Sequence record: MK310184
Length of the DNA stretch: 64,000 nucleotides
DNA from: Phage NC-G
Strand: one strand, 5' to 3'
Position numbers and translations under genes: made by a program
Notes under the pieces: model-generated
What the model saw: the letters and a program-made list of their open reading frames with translations, nothing else
What the model was told of the DNA's origin: nothing
Database searches by the model: none
Part shown: piece by piece, positions 52,756 through 61,758 of the stretch
How positions within the stretch are numbered: the first letter of the stretch is position 1
Layout of the letters: every line of letters begins with the position of its first letter

Positions 52756-52945
52756 AGAGTTTAGCGAAAGGCCAGGTCACACACATTATAACAGCGATTA
52801 TCCAAAACACAGGCCATACGAATGTTGTGAACACTGCATCATACTCGTCCCCACTTTCGTAGGGACTATCAAACTTGTGGAGCAACAGGGTAGTAATAAA
52901 TCCCGTCAAAAGATAGCCAAAAATAATACTGATAATCAAAATCAT
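52733..52945 (-). CDS. small membrane protein (70 aa)
   Basis: track ORF; two TM helices. Confidence 0.45.
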   Translation of the reverse strand: MILIISIIFGYLLTGFITTLLLHKFDSPYESGDEYDAVFTTFVWPVFWIIAVIMCVTWPFAKLYEKLFGL

Positions 52946-52946
52946 A

Positions 52947-53795
52947 TTAATCCTTAAGCAATTTAATAACGTTCATCAGTTTATGACGTTCAGCTTTCGC
53001 TGCATTGTTCAGTCCTGACAGGCGGAAAATTTCATCATCTTGTTGCTGGATGGTGATGTTAAGTTCTTCAATCTGTTTAGTGAAAAGCTCAATTTGCTCT
53101 GAATATTTTTCATTGCTTCGCACTGGAACAGGTTCCATTTTAGGAGCTTGTTCTGAAGGACTATCAGCTACAACTCGGTCTTTAATTTGGCATAATTTAA
53201 TACGCTGGACGCCTCCAGTTTTAACATCATAAAAGGTAAGAACCCCATGATGTCCGAGTTCAGACAATGCCAAACGAAGATGGAATTTCCAGTTTTCGTA
53301 TTGACATCCACTAAAAGAAGAAATACTGTATTCGCCTTCATTTTGACCTTTAATAACATTAAATAGTTTATAATCTAAAGAATTATTGGTTTTAAAGGTC
53401 ATTTGTTTATCTTGACCGCTTGCTAAACGAGCACCTAATGCCAATAAACGGCGCTGGTTAGTATGAAGGTCTTTGACCACTTCATCAAATGTCATGGTGC
53501 TAATCGCACGACCATAAAGGTCATAACCTTTATTATAATTTTTAAGTAAAATTTTGGCGTTAGCACGAGACAACATACCAGCCCTGTGAAGAGATTTCAT
53601 GACTCGGTCTTCTAACGTAAATAAACCTTTAGTCTTGTCAAAGATTTTAGTGAATTCATCTACAGCAATACAAACTTCGAACTTTTCCCACATCATGGCC
53701 AAAACCTTTTCAACCACTTCTTTATTCAGTGGAATACGACCAAATTTAATAACTTTTTTAACTTCAGAACGAATTTGATTAATTGCTTGTGACAT
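52947..53795 (-). CDS. hypothetical protein (282 aa)
   Basis: track ORF. Confidence 0.6.
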   Translation of the reverse strand: MSQAINQIRSEVKKVIKFGRIPLNKEVVEKVLAMMWEKFEVCIAVDEFTKIFDKTKGLFTLEDRVMKSLHRAGMLSRANAKILLKNYNKGYDLYGRAISTMTFDEVVKDLHTNQRRLLALGARLASGQDKQMTFKTNNSLDYKLFNVIKGQNEGEYSISSFSGCQYENWKFHLRLALSELGHHGVLTFYDVKTGGVQRIKLCQIKDRVVADSPSEQAPKMEPVPVRSNEKYSEQIELFTKQIEELNITIQQQDDEIFRLSGLNNAAKAERHKLMNVIKLLKD

Positions 53796-53858
53796 AATAA
53801 TTTCCTCAGTAAGTAATTAAGAACCTAGAACCATTATACCATCCTTGGTATAAAGCGT

Positions 53859-54383
53859 TTATGCGAGAACCGTCTTTAAACGCTCTTCAAATTTCTGAAG
53901 CAGAGCTTGGCGTTCAGCTCGTTGTGATTTGTACTGCTCGATACGACCTGAAGTGAGGGCGTATTGTTCGTTTACTGATTCCCGCATGAATTCAGGAATC
54001 TCTTTACAAGCTTTGATTTCATCAAACTTATCAATAACCGCTTGTTCCTCGGCAATCAGATTATCGAAATAAGCGATATCAGATTTAACATTTGCCAGGT
54101 CGGATTCAGTAGGCATTAAACGTTTGTTACGTTCAGCTTGATAAGCTTGATTGGTTTCACGACTCCAGTGAAGAGTACGTTTTTTGTTAGTGTTTTTATA
54201 GAGCTCTACAATACCAACTGAATCGATGATAACAATCCAGTTCCAACGGCTTTTGTAAATCTCTCCTCCAGATACGGTAATCTCATTACCACAAGCAACG
54301 TCATTAAAGAACTTGCTTTGTTTTTCAGATTTGAAATTACCGTTATTAAAATTAATCAGTGAAAAAATATCTTTAGCATTCAT
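53859..54383 (-). CDS. hypothetical protein (174 aa)
   Basis: track ORF; GGAGG RBS; first gene after early promoter. Confidence 0.6.
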   Translation of the reverse strand: MNAKDIFSLINFNNGNFKSEKQSKFFNDVACGNEITVSGGEIYKSRWNWIVIIDSVGIVELYKNTNKKRTLHWSRETNQAYQAERNKRLMPTESDLANVKSDIAYFDNLIAEEQAVIDKFDEIKACKEIPEFMRESVNEQYALTSGRIEQYKSQRAERQALLQKFEERLKTVLA

Positions 54384-54409
54384 GATAACCTCCAGTAGTT
54401 GATAGGTCT

Positions 54410-54438
54410 ATAGTATCATTTCTACTGGAGATGTAAAC
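54410..54438 (-). promoter_or_regulatory. early promoter with RBS-complementary spacer
   Basis: -35 GTTTAC 54433-54438, 17-bp spacer, -10 TACTAT 54410-54415; inverted repeat ctccagta/tactggag. Confidence 0.6.
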
Positions 54439-54440
54439 AA

Positions 54441-54782
54441 CTAATAGAAACTTTTTTCACCTGCTTGTCCACTAAACCACGCTGATTGGGTATTAGGTTT
54501 CCGTTGATGTTCAATACGAATGCGATATTCATTCCTGATGGCGCAGAGTTCACCTCGGAAGTCGCCTGCCAACTTTACCTGCTTACGGTCTAGATTTATT
54601 AAGGCCTGGGTCTTCGCGGCCAAGAGCAGTCTCTTGTAGTCTCCTTCTTCACAATCGGTTTTATAAACTCTATTAGTATATCCGTCGATAACTTCTTTAT
54701 CATAGTCCTCGACGGACTGTTTCATGGCATCACGATGGGCCAAACCTGCTTTATAAAGATTGTAAATAAATTGTTCAAACAT
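54441..54782 (-). CDS. hypothetical protein (113 aa)
   Basis: track ORF. Confidence 0.5.
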   Translation of the reverse strand: MFEQFIYNLYKAGLAHRDAMKQSVEDYDKEVIDGYTNRVYKTDCEEGDYKRLLLAAKTQALINLDRKQVKLAGDFRGELCAIRNEYRIRIEHQRKPNTQSAWFSGQAGEKSFY

Positions 54783-54791
54783 AATTCACCT

Positions 54792-55772
54792 TTATTTCAG
54801 AAGTGTAACTTCAGCGATTTCGTTCCAGTCATTTTTATCGGTGGCAATGAAGTCCGCCAGATAAAGAGCTGTACGTAATGATACGTTACGAAGACGAGAT
54901 ACATTAGCCTTCATCCATGCCAGTGCTTGATAAGTCTCAGCATCAGTCAGACCTCGATTTTGCATCATATCAGTGGACAGGATAACGTCTTCAACACGAA
55001 CCATAATCTCTTCGTTAGAGTGAACTCCGAGGTCTAAGTAAACTGAACGAGATACTAAAGCCTGGAGGTGTGGAGCAAGTTTAGTTCCACGCTCTAATTC
55101 ACGGTCAATATCAACGTTGGTGATGAACACGATGGTGCCTTCATACTCGAATTCTTTATCGATATTTTTATCATCGAGATAAGAACTTGAAGTGCTCCAG
55201 CATACCTTACGTTTTTCACCAGTATCCAATGCCGCTTTCAGAAGGTTCAGGATATCCATATCAGAGAATACATCAACATCATCAATAAGAAGAACACTAT
55301 TAGGGCCGCGGTTATTCCAAAGCTGCTCGTAAAGACCGATTCCACTAATCTTTCCGTTGATTGATTTATATTCGATAGTTTCATTTTCGTGGGCATTTTG
55401 TAATGCTTTATCCAAAGAGTACGTTTTACCAATACCTGCTGCACCAGAGATGATAAGGGAACGAATTTTACCATCGATGATTCCATTAGTCATCATATTC
55501 ATTACTTTAAAACGTTTGTTGATGCGGTGTTTCATTTCATCCTGGGATTCGGTTACGACTGCAGGGGTTTCAACACCTTCAGTCTCGATATCAGATTTGA
55601 ACACCCATACACCACGCTCTACGCCATCAATCTGAACAAAGACCTTACCATCGCCGAGGTGGGCTTCAGATTCATGAATTTTATTAGGGAACCAGGTTTT
55701 ACCTGAACTCATGAACGTACCAGAGATTTCGTTACCGCGGTAGATACCTTTGTTGATTTTGATAGTTAACAT
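54792..55772 (-). CDS. AAA+ ATPase
   Basis: track ORF trimmed from GTG to ATG 55772 (GAAGGA RBS); Walker A ISGAAGIGKT, Walker B VLLIDDVD. Confidence 0.65.
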   Translation of the reverse strand: MLTIKINKGIYRGNEISGTFMSSGKTWFPNKIHESEAHLGDGKVFVQIDGVERGVWVFKSDIETEGVETPAVVTESQDEMKHRINKRFKVMNMMTNGIIDGKIRSLIISGAAGIGKTYSLDKALQNAHENETIEYKSINGKISGIGLYEQLWNNRGPNSVLLIDDVDVFSDMDILNLLKAALDTGEKRKVCWSTSSSYLDDKNIDKEFEYEGTIVFITNVDIDRELERGTKLAPHLQALVSRSVYLDLGVHSNEEIMVRVEDVILSTDMMQNRGLTDAETYQALAWMKANVSRLRNVSLRTALYLADFIATDKNDWNEIAEVTLLK

Positions 55773-55807
55773 TTTATTATCCTTCACTCATTTGTTTTGA
55801 TAGGTCT

Positions 55808-55836
55808 ATCTTAACACGATTAATCAGGTTGTAAAC
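55808..55836 (-). promoter_or_regulatory. early promoter
   Basis: -35 GTTTAC 55831-55836, 17-bp spacer, -10 TAAGAT 55808-55813, conserved agacctatcaa box. Confidence 0.55.
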
Positions 55837-55840
55837 AATT

Positions 55841-55880
55841 TTTTGCACTAAACCCAAAAAAAGGAACCCGAAGGTTCCTT
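55841..55880 (-). repeat. terminator/UP-element module, near-identical copy at 781-817
   Basis: ttttgcactaaaccc-aaaaaaagg-aacccgaaggttcctt shared with 781-817. Confidence 0.6.
55851..55880 (-). terminator. intrinsic terminator
   Basis: AAGGAACC-UUCG-GGUUCCUU (55861-55880) followed by U7 on minus transcript. Confidence 0.7.
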
Positions 55881-55884
55881 AATA

Positions 55885-56895
55885 TTATCGATAATAGGCG
55901 TTGTGGTTTTCTAGATAAACCTCTTCAACAAATTTGTCCCAGAAGCTCATGTCTACCTTATCAGGCATACCGTTCTTGGCCGCCCAGACTGCATTGGTTT
56001 CGACTTCATCGACGATTGCTTCAAGTTCAGCTTGTACATCTTTAAAAGCGTGTAGGCCTTGTTTGATTTCAAGGATAAATGGAGCTGTACGTAAAGGATA
56101 TTGGAGATCGCCTGTTTGATAGATTTCTTTCAACTGGTATCCAGCACGATAAGCATGGCTCAGGGCTTTCCAGTCAATACCTTCATTGGCTTCGGCCTTA
56201 CGAGCACGTTCGCCGTATTCAGCATCAAGTTTATTCAGAGATTGCTTAAGCTCGATTAATGACAAAGTGGTCTGGTATTTACGTCCTAAGACAGTATAGA
56301 ACGTTTGTGGACCTGTTTTCTCGTGATTATGGAATACCCATTCACAGAACTCGTTTTCAGGGAGTCTGTGTTTGATATCTTCTACCTTAGTGCGACGTTG
56401 TTTAGTTGAACCATCTTCTTGATAATCGACCCATTGTTCAGGAATCTGGTTGACTATTGCCAGTACACCACGCAGAGCAGCCAGACGAGAACCTTTAACA
56501 CCATACTTAGAAGCTTGCTTACGGACGTACCCTAAATATGCTTTCATGTTAGTTGTATAGAACCGAGAACGGTTGTCTTGAATAAATTTCCACACATCTG
56601 GTAAATCAGATTTGACTACCAGGTCAGCCGGAGTATGAATCATGTCCAGGGCAACGGTTTCGCCTTCGGCAGCCAGTTTAAAGAAATATTTCAGGCTATA
56701 AAGCTCATGGTCAACATCATCTTTTGTGTTTTTGGTAGCCGTGTTATTCGTATTCAAGTTGGTATGGTTCATCGCGGTTCCGAGCAGGATATCACGCGGA
56801 TGTGGAACAAAGATTTCTTTAAAATCAACATCAGATTCTGGAGTACTTGTTCCATAAAGGTGGCTACCGAAGTAGCCTTTCATAACTGTTCTCAT
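55885..56895 (-). CDS. Pol-beta-superfamily nucleotidyltransferase
   Basis: 336 aa; N-terminal GS-x9-DVD motif (YFGSHLYGTSTPESDVDFKEIF). Confidence 0.55.
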   Translation of the reverse strand: MRTVMKGYFGSHLYGTSTPESDVDFKEIFVPHPRDILLGTAMNHTNLNTNNTATKNTKDDVDHELYSLKYFFKLAAEGETVALDMIHTPADLVVKSDLPDVWKFIQDNRSRFYTTNMKAYLGYVRKQASKYGVKGSRLAALRGVLAIVNQIPEQWVDYQEDGSTKQRRTKVEDIKHRLPENEFCEWVFHNHEKTGPQTFYTVLGRKYQTTLSLIELKQSLNKLDAEYGERARKAEANEGIDWKALSHAYRAGYQLKEIYQTGDLQYPLRTAPFILEIKQGLHAFKDVQAELEAIVDEVETNAVWAAKNGMPDKVDMSFWDKFVEEVYLENHNAYYR

Positions 56896-57344
56896 TCTTT
56901 GTCCTTGAAGTGGATTACCGGACAGACCTTAGATTTACGAGCTTTAATGTATTGGATAACGATGTTTTCTTTAATTTCCTTTCCTTCGCGTTTAGCTTTA
57001 ATTAGTTCCCATTCTTTTTCTTCTTTACGTAAATCATACCAGGCCCAGAAACTCATCATACAGTACACAATACCAACGGCTACTGCTAGAATAAGAGCCA
57101 GTGTAACCAGTCCTAAAATAAAACCTAAACTTAAACCAACAGGAGTACTCAATACAAAGAACTGCTCCAATATACCGGCGCCTGCAACAGTTAAGCCGAA
57201 AATAGTACTACCTGCAAGCACAGAACACATAAAGCACACCCAAACCATTTTCCAGAAGTACGCGCATAATGAGCGCGGACGCGAATAACTGGCATAAAAA
57301 CGGTCATGCAATTTAACGTGCCAAGAGTTTGTATTGATAATCAT
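56892..57344 (-). CDS. membrane protein (150 aa)
   Basis: track ORF; three or four TM helices; start overlaps upstream region. Confidence 0.5.
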   Translation of the reverse strand: MIINTNSWHVKLHDRFYASYSRPRSLCAYFWKMVWVCFMCSVLAGSTIFGLTVAGAGILEQFFVLSTPVGLSLGFILGLVTLALILAVAVGIVYCMMSFWAWYDLRKEEKEWELIKAKREGKEIKENIVIQYIKARKSKVCPVIHFKDKE

Positions 57345-57355
57345 AATATTTTTCC

Positions 57356-57916
57356 TTAAGAGTTCATAGTTGGGATAACAGAGTTCAAATAAGAGACTAA
57401 AGCCTTGAGCTCTTCTTTAGTAAATACCACTTCATTTTCACCGTCGTGTCTTTGGACTAAGGATAGCAAATCACGGCCCTGATGTTGATACACGGATAAT
57501 TCGGTATCATAATCCAGTTCTTCTTCGTCGCCTTCAAAGGTTTCACTAGAACGAATCACAGCATCTTGGCCTGGGACTTTCCATTCAACTTCGGGCTTAC
57601 ATTCTTCCTGGAACAGTTTAAAAATACATTTAAAGAAATTAGCAGAATCACTAATGCTTAGGCATTCTGCACCCGTTTCCAAATTAAACCCGTTGTCATG
57701 GTTATAAATCTGGGCCCATATATCGTCGTTAATATCAAATACACCTCTAAAACTACCATTAAGATATTCGTGTTTGTCCAAAACCTTTAAATCGTAAAGT
57801 GGTTTAATATCTTGGATAGTTAGTACGATTTTATCGTCTTCTTGTGAAAGCTCAATTGCGTTATTAACTACTTCAGCAGTCAGGTCACCAAACAGCCCAG
57901 ATGTTTCAATAATCAT
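57356..57916 (-). CDS. hypothetical acidic protein (186 aa)
   Basis: track ORF. Confidence 0.55.
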   Translation of the reverse strand: MIIETSGLFGDLTAEVVNNAIELSQEDDKIVLTIQDIKPLYDLKVLDKHEYLNGSFRGVFDINDDIWAQIYNHDNGFNLETGAECLSISDSANFFKCIFKLFQEECKPEVEWKVPGQDAVIRSSETFEGDEEELDYDTELSVYQHQGRDLLSLVQRHDGENEVVFTKEELKALVSYLNSVIPTMNS

Positions 57917-57926
57917 TTTCTGTTCC

Positions 57927-58109
57927 TCATTTCACATTTTGTTTAATAAAATTTAGCAATTCTTTAAGGGCCTTATCTTCTTCTTTAGAAAGCCTAGTAC
58001 AATCATCAACCGAGTATTGGTGACAAAATGCGGTTTCGAATCTAGCAACTGTACCTGCATAGGCCTCGATAAGCTCTTCAAGCTTTAAGTGCTTTTCTTT
58101 AGTTTTCAT
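57927..58109 (-). CDS. hypothetical protein (60 aa)
   Basis: track ORF. Confidence 0.45.
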   Translation of the reverse strand: MKTKEKHLKLEELIEAYAGTVARFETAFCHQYSVDDCTRLSKEEDKALKELLNFIKQNVK

Positions 58110-58112
58110 AAA

Positions 58113-58379
58113 TCACCGGTTGTGTTTTAAAATACTGTATAATTCTTCAACTTGGCTCGCGTCCAAACAAATCATATCATTTTCTTGTTGAAGCGTAATT
58201 CCACCATGACAGTCCCACTCTGTAACGAAAACATCGTCATCAGAGTCTTTGTTATCCGCAAAAAGGACAATGATACCATTTTCAGAACAACCATTTGGAT
58301 CGTATAACATTACAGTTTCCTCGCTAACCATGAAAAGAATAAACCAATTAAAACAGGACCTATAAGCATTGTTAACCAA
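58113..58379 (-). CDS. hypothetical protein (88 aa)
   Basis: track ORF. Confidence 0.45.
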   Translation of the reverse strand: MVNNAYRSCFNWFILFMVSEETVMLYDPNGCSENGIIVLFADNKDSDDDVFVTEWDCHGGITLQQENDMICLDASQVEELYSILKHNR

Positions 58380-58429
58380 GCCCAGGGTTCTAAGTAATAA
58401 ATCATCTCATACTCCTATGTCAACAGCCA

Positions 58430-58612
58430 TTATACAACCAGCCCATTCAGATACTCAACCAATGCCGCTTTAGAGTTAGCCAAATCTCGTTTACACTGCT
58501 CTATTCCGGAATATGAATATCCTTCACAATGTTCTACTGCACTATCATAAGAATCACGTTCAATAGAAGTAGCAAGTTTAAGGATTTGTTCAATCTGTTC
58601 AGTAGTTAACAT
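58430..58612 (-). CDS. hypothetical protein (60 aa)
   Basis: track ORF. Confidence 0.45.
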   Translation of the reverse strand: MLTTEQIEQILKLATSIERDSYDSAVEHCEGYSYSGIEQCKRDLANSKAALVEYLNGLVV

Positions 58613-58616
58613 ATTA

Positions 58617-58853
58617 TCACCAGTATTTGTTGATGGTAGAAATTAATTCTTGGGCCTGGGTGGTTTTCAGTTTACACCCACAACCCTTTAACGTATCTTT
58701 AAGAAGCCACGGCTCCTTGAGCTCGACCTTTTCTAGACGAATTCTGTATCCTCGATAATCGGCGAAGATACTTCGGTCGTCGAATATCTTAATCTCAAGG
58801 AGGCGGTTATTGATTTCATATTCTAATGAAACCGTAGTACTTGTAAGTTTCAT
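58617..58853 (-). CDS. hypothetical protein (78 aa)
   Basis: track ORF; GAGGAG RBS; first gene after early promoter. Confidence 0.5.
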   Translation of the reverse strand: MKLTSTTVSLEYEINNRLLEIKIFDDRSIFADYRGYRIRLEKVELKEPWLLKDTLKGCGCKLKTTQAQELISTINKYW

Positions 58854-58882
58854 AATATTCTCCTCATTAGTTGATAGGTCTA

Positions 58883-58911
58883 TAGTATCATGTTCCTAGA
58901 GGATGTAAACA
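58883..58911 (-). promoter_or_regulatory. early promoter
   Basis: -35 GTTTAC 58906-58911, 17-bp spacer, -10 TACTAT 58883-58888, conserved agacctatcaac box. Confidence 0.6.
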
Positions 58912-58920
58912 CTAAAATGA

Positions 58921-58948
58921 AAAAAAAAGGTCCCACCGAAGTGAGACC
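58921..58948 (-). terminator. intrinsic terminator
   Basis: 8-bp stem GGUCUCAC/GUGGGACC with UUCG loop (58929-58948) followed by U8-9. Confidence 0.7.
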
Positions 58949-58953
58949 TTTGA

Positions 58954-59337
58954 TTATTCTAACGTCAGCAAATACTTAGTCTGGTAAAAGACACCAGTGA
59001 TATCGTCCAAAGTCGACTGGATGGCCTTAGGAAGGGTGTCATAGATTTTATCAGATGCTTTAAGAAGCTCGTCAAGAAAATCTACCGGGTCCTTAGGCAA
59101 GTCTGAAGCAGACGGTAATGATGCTTTATATTCTTTGCCACTGAATCCAAGATATTGCTCACTAAATTGGTCCAGCGGTCCTTGAACTTCTACGTAATAG
59201 AAGTCATACGCTTTGTGTCTTGCATAGCTTTTGGTTTCTAAATGGGCTGACTTAAAATAGGCTAAAGAAACCAATAGCCAACCAATATAAGAATCCACTT
59301 CAGACCCTCGACCGGGTACGAAATCATTGAACTTCAT
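58954..59337 (-). CDS. hypothetical protein (127 aa)
   Basis: track ORF. Confidence 0.5.
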   Translation of the reverse strand: MKFNDFVPGRGSEVDSYIGWLLVSLAYFKSAHLETKSYARHKAYDFYYVEVQGPLDQFSEQYLGFSGKEYKASLPSASDLPKDPVDFLDELLKASDKIYDTLPKAIQSTLDDITGVFYQTKYLLTLE

Positions 59338-59617
59338 CTTCCACCTTCATTAGTTTTGCATAACGCTCTCCGATGGCACGACCTTCAATTGAGCATGCTT
59401 CTATAGTCCGACAACTTGAGTTCTTCCAAGAAGCCGTAACATAGGCCCAATAGTCTTCGGAGGCCATTACGCTGGGTCTACTCATTTGCGCATAAACAGG
59501 CATCGCACTACTAGCAAATGCATCCATCAATTTATCGTTGGTATCATTTGCTAGTGAAACTGTAGGGCTTAAACATCCCGCCATAAGGATACAAGCCGCT
59601 GTACGGAAAATATCCAT
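59324..59617 (-). CDS. rI: lysis inhibition regulator rI
   Basis: 97 aa; N-terminal signal anchor; C-terminal region resembles recalled T4 rI; synteny beside tk. Confidence 0.75.
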   Translation of the reverse strand: MDIFRTAACILMAGCLSPTVSLANDTNDKLMDAFASSAMPVYAQMSRPSVMASEDYWAYVTASWKNSSCRTIEACSIEGRAIGERYAKLMKVEDEVQ

Positions 59618-59709
59618 ACAAAAGTCCTTTGTTGTTTTATACTATTTGCCTTTCGGCCTTAACCGATAGCGATTACCAAAAGCTAAAGCTCTACGGTTAG
59701 TATTATTAT

Positions 59710-59988
59710 TTATAGCTTTTTAAGCTTACGACAATAAGAATAGAACACGTCGTTAAAATTATGCTCAACCCAATTCCTCTGTATAGGCGAGGTAATGGAA
59801 AGCATATAATGGGCTTTAATTAAATTCATCCCATTTTTATTAGGGCATTCTTTATTATTAGCATTATACGTCGCTGCTACAACCTCTATCTCTCTTTTGT
59901 AAGCCGTATCATCCATGATAGGCAAAAGAACAATATAAGAAATAGCCACAGCTACCGCTAGAATTAAAATCTTTGAATTTAGGTCCAT
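59710..59988 (-). CDS. membrane-anchored hypothetical protein (92 aa)
   Basis: track ORF; N-terminal TM helix. Confidence 0.5.
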   Translation of the reverse strand: MDLNSKILILAVAVAISYIVLLPIMDDTAYKREIEVVAATYNANNKECPNKNGMNLIKAHYMLSITSPIQRNWVEHNFNDVFYSYCRKLKKL

Positions 59989-59995
59989 AGTATCC

Positions 59996-60568
59996 TCAAC
60001 TCGTTATTTCTATCCAGTGCTTCCTGCACAATGACACGTAAGAATCGTTGCCACCCATAGAAACTTGGGCGCCGTCCTTAATTGCGATACCATCTTGGAC
60101 CCTAGCAGTCATAGTAGCTTTACGGCCACAATGGCACACACCTTTGTACTCAACGAGTTTATCTGCTGTAGCGAGTAATTCAGCAGAGCCAGGAAACAGT
60201 TTACCCTGAAAATCAGTTCTTAGTCCATAACACATAACCGGAACATTATAATTGTCTACTATCTTCGCCAGTTGTTTTATCTGTGCAGGTTCTAAGAACT
60301 GTGCTTCATCCACAAACACGCAGTGGATATCTTTTTGAGATTCAGCCCAACGATAGAACTCGTATAGGTCCATATCCGGAGTCACGGCATTAGCCTCTTG
60401 ACTAATCCCTATACGAGACGAAATGCTATGGCTTGATTCTCTATTGTCTATCGCAGGCTTTAAAAGGAGTACGCCCATACCACGTTCTTTGTAGTTATGA
60501 GCGGCCGTTAGCAATGAAGCAGTCTTCCCGGAATTCATCGCTGCATAGTGAAACATCAAACTTGCCAT
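59996..60568 (-). CDS. tk: thymidine kinase
   Basis: 190 aa; P-loop AAMNSGKT, catalytic FVDEAQF, C-terminal zinc site (CHCGRK...C). Confidence 0.9.
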   Translation of the reverse strand: MASLMFHYAAMNSGKTASLLTAAHNYKERGMGVLLLKPAIDNRESSHSISSRIGISQEANAVTPDMDLYEFYRWAESQKDIHCVFVDEAQFLEPAQIKQLAKIVDNYNVPVMCYGLRTDFQGKLFPGSAELLATADKLVEYKGVCHCGRKATMTARVQDGIAIKDGAQVSMGGNDSYVSLCRKHWIEITS

Positions 60569-60577
60569 ATTACCTTC

Positions 60578-60763
60578 TTAAAGACTATTTACATAAGCAA
60601 TTAATTCGTTTTCTTTCTCATCAAATCGATTAGCAAATTCTTCCTGATGGTCGGCATCTATCGGGCCGTATTCATCGTAAAAAGCGTTTGCTTCTGTATG
60701 TTCATCCAAAAGCTCATGGATAAGCTCAAACAATTTGTCTTTCTGTTCTTTACTCAAACTCAT
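60578..60763 (-). CDS. hypothetical acidic protein (61 aa)
   Basis: track ORF. Confidence 0.45.
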   Translation of the reverse strand: MSLSKEQKDKLFELIHELLDEHTEANAFYDEYGPIDADHQEEFANRFDEKENELIAYVNSL

Positions 60764-60966
60764 TTAGGTTCACCATATCGCACAAATTTAGGGTGTTCAC
60801 AATCACCAGAATGGAGACCTTCACCTTCATGGTTAGGACATCCTTTATTAGAACAGTACCACCAGTAATCAAATCCACATTCCATTTCATCGTTGCATAA
60901 AACTGCGATTACTGGCCATTCGCATTTTTCACATTTGGCCGTTTTAAGAATTCGGGCTTGGCTCAT
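60760..60966 (-). CDS. zinc-ribbon protein (68 aa)
   Basis: track ORF; CEKCEW...CSNKGC...C motif. Confidence 0.45.
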   Translation of the reverse strand: MSQARILKTAKCEKCEWPVIAVLCNDEMECGFDYWWYCSNKGCPNHEGEGLHSGDCEHPKFVRYGEPK

Positions 60967-61405
60967 AATCCACCACCACTAAATTAATATCAGGAGTAAA
61001 CAAATTAATCAATTGATAAACCTTGTCCCAATCACCACCAGCAATACCACAACCAATGCGAGGAATATAAATTCTCGGTTTAAACAAAAGACCCTTTGCA
61101 GTACGGTTTAATTCTATCATACAGTTTACTAAAGCACCGTAATCAAGATTAGGACCTGGTTCATATTGGGTGTAAAGATTGTAGCAAATTTGCCCGTTAT
61201 TACCCGTGGCTTGAGTAAATGTTCCGAGTTTTGCTGCATCACCTAAATAAGTGGTTTTATCAATAGCAAGAATAGGTGGATACGCTTTAGCCAATTGACC
61301 CGCTACACCTGAACCCATAGTATGAAAACAGTTGCACCCGTGTGCAACATTATTACCTTGAAGAAACAGGGCGACGATATCGCCCTTAATATAATCAATA
61401 ATCAT
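60944..61405 (-). CDS. macro-domain protein (ADP-ribose binding / hydrolase)
   Basis: 153 aa; macro-domain glycine-rich motifs (NVAHGCNC...MGSGVAGQL and IPRIGCGIAGGDW). Confidence 0.65.
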   Translation of the reverse strand: MIIDYIKGDIVALFLQGNNVAHGCNCFHTMGSGVAGQLAKAYPPILAIDKTTYLGDAAKLGTFTQATGNNGQICYNLYTQYEPGPNLDYGALVNCMIELNRTAKGLLFKPRIYIPRIGCGIAGGDWDKVYQLINLFTPDINLVVVDYEPSPNS

Positions 61406-61758
61406 TTAGAGTTTAATCCTCGATTGTATGAGTCAACGAGTCTGTCTACCATAGACGCGCACATTTCTTTGTACTTTTTATCGGATGGAACACATTCAGT
61501 AACGTTTAGACGTTGCTCGTATCTTTTAGAAAGAGTTTTCTCTTTCATTCGGCGATGCTCTACGTCGTTCTGACCATCTTTAAAAGCAGCTGTGATTTTT
61601 GAACTGAATTCGATAATGCATTCAGTATTACTTGGATGACAATAATCTTTTGCTGTACGGGTAGCATACTCAACAATTGAATTATTGCTATCATCAACTT
61701 GTGACGCTAATACTCCCGGAGCGATCAACATAAGCGCTATAGTCATCTGTTTAATCAT
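61402..61758 (-). CDS. secreted hypothetical protein (118 aa)
   Basis: track ORF; N-terminal signal peptide. Confidence 0.5.
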   Translation of the reverse strand: MIKQMTIALMLIAPGVLASQVDDSNNSIVEYATRTAKDYCHPSNTECIIEFSSKITAAFKDGQNDVEHRRMKEKTLSKRYEQRLNVTECVPSDKKYKEMCASMVDRLVDSYNRGLNSK

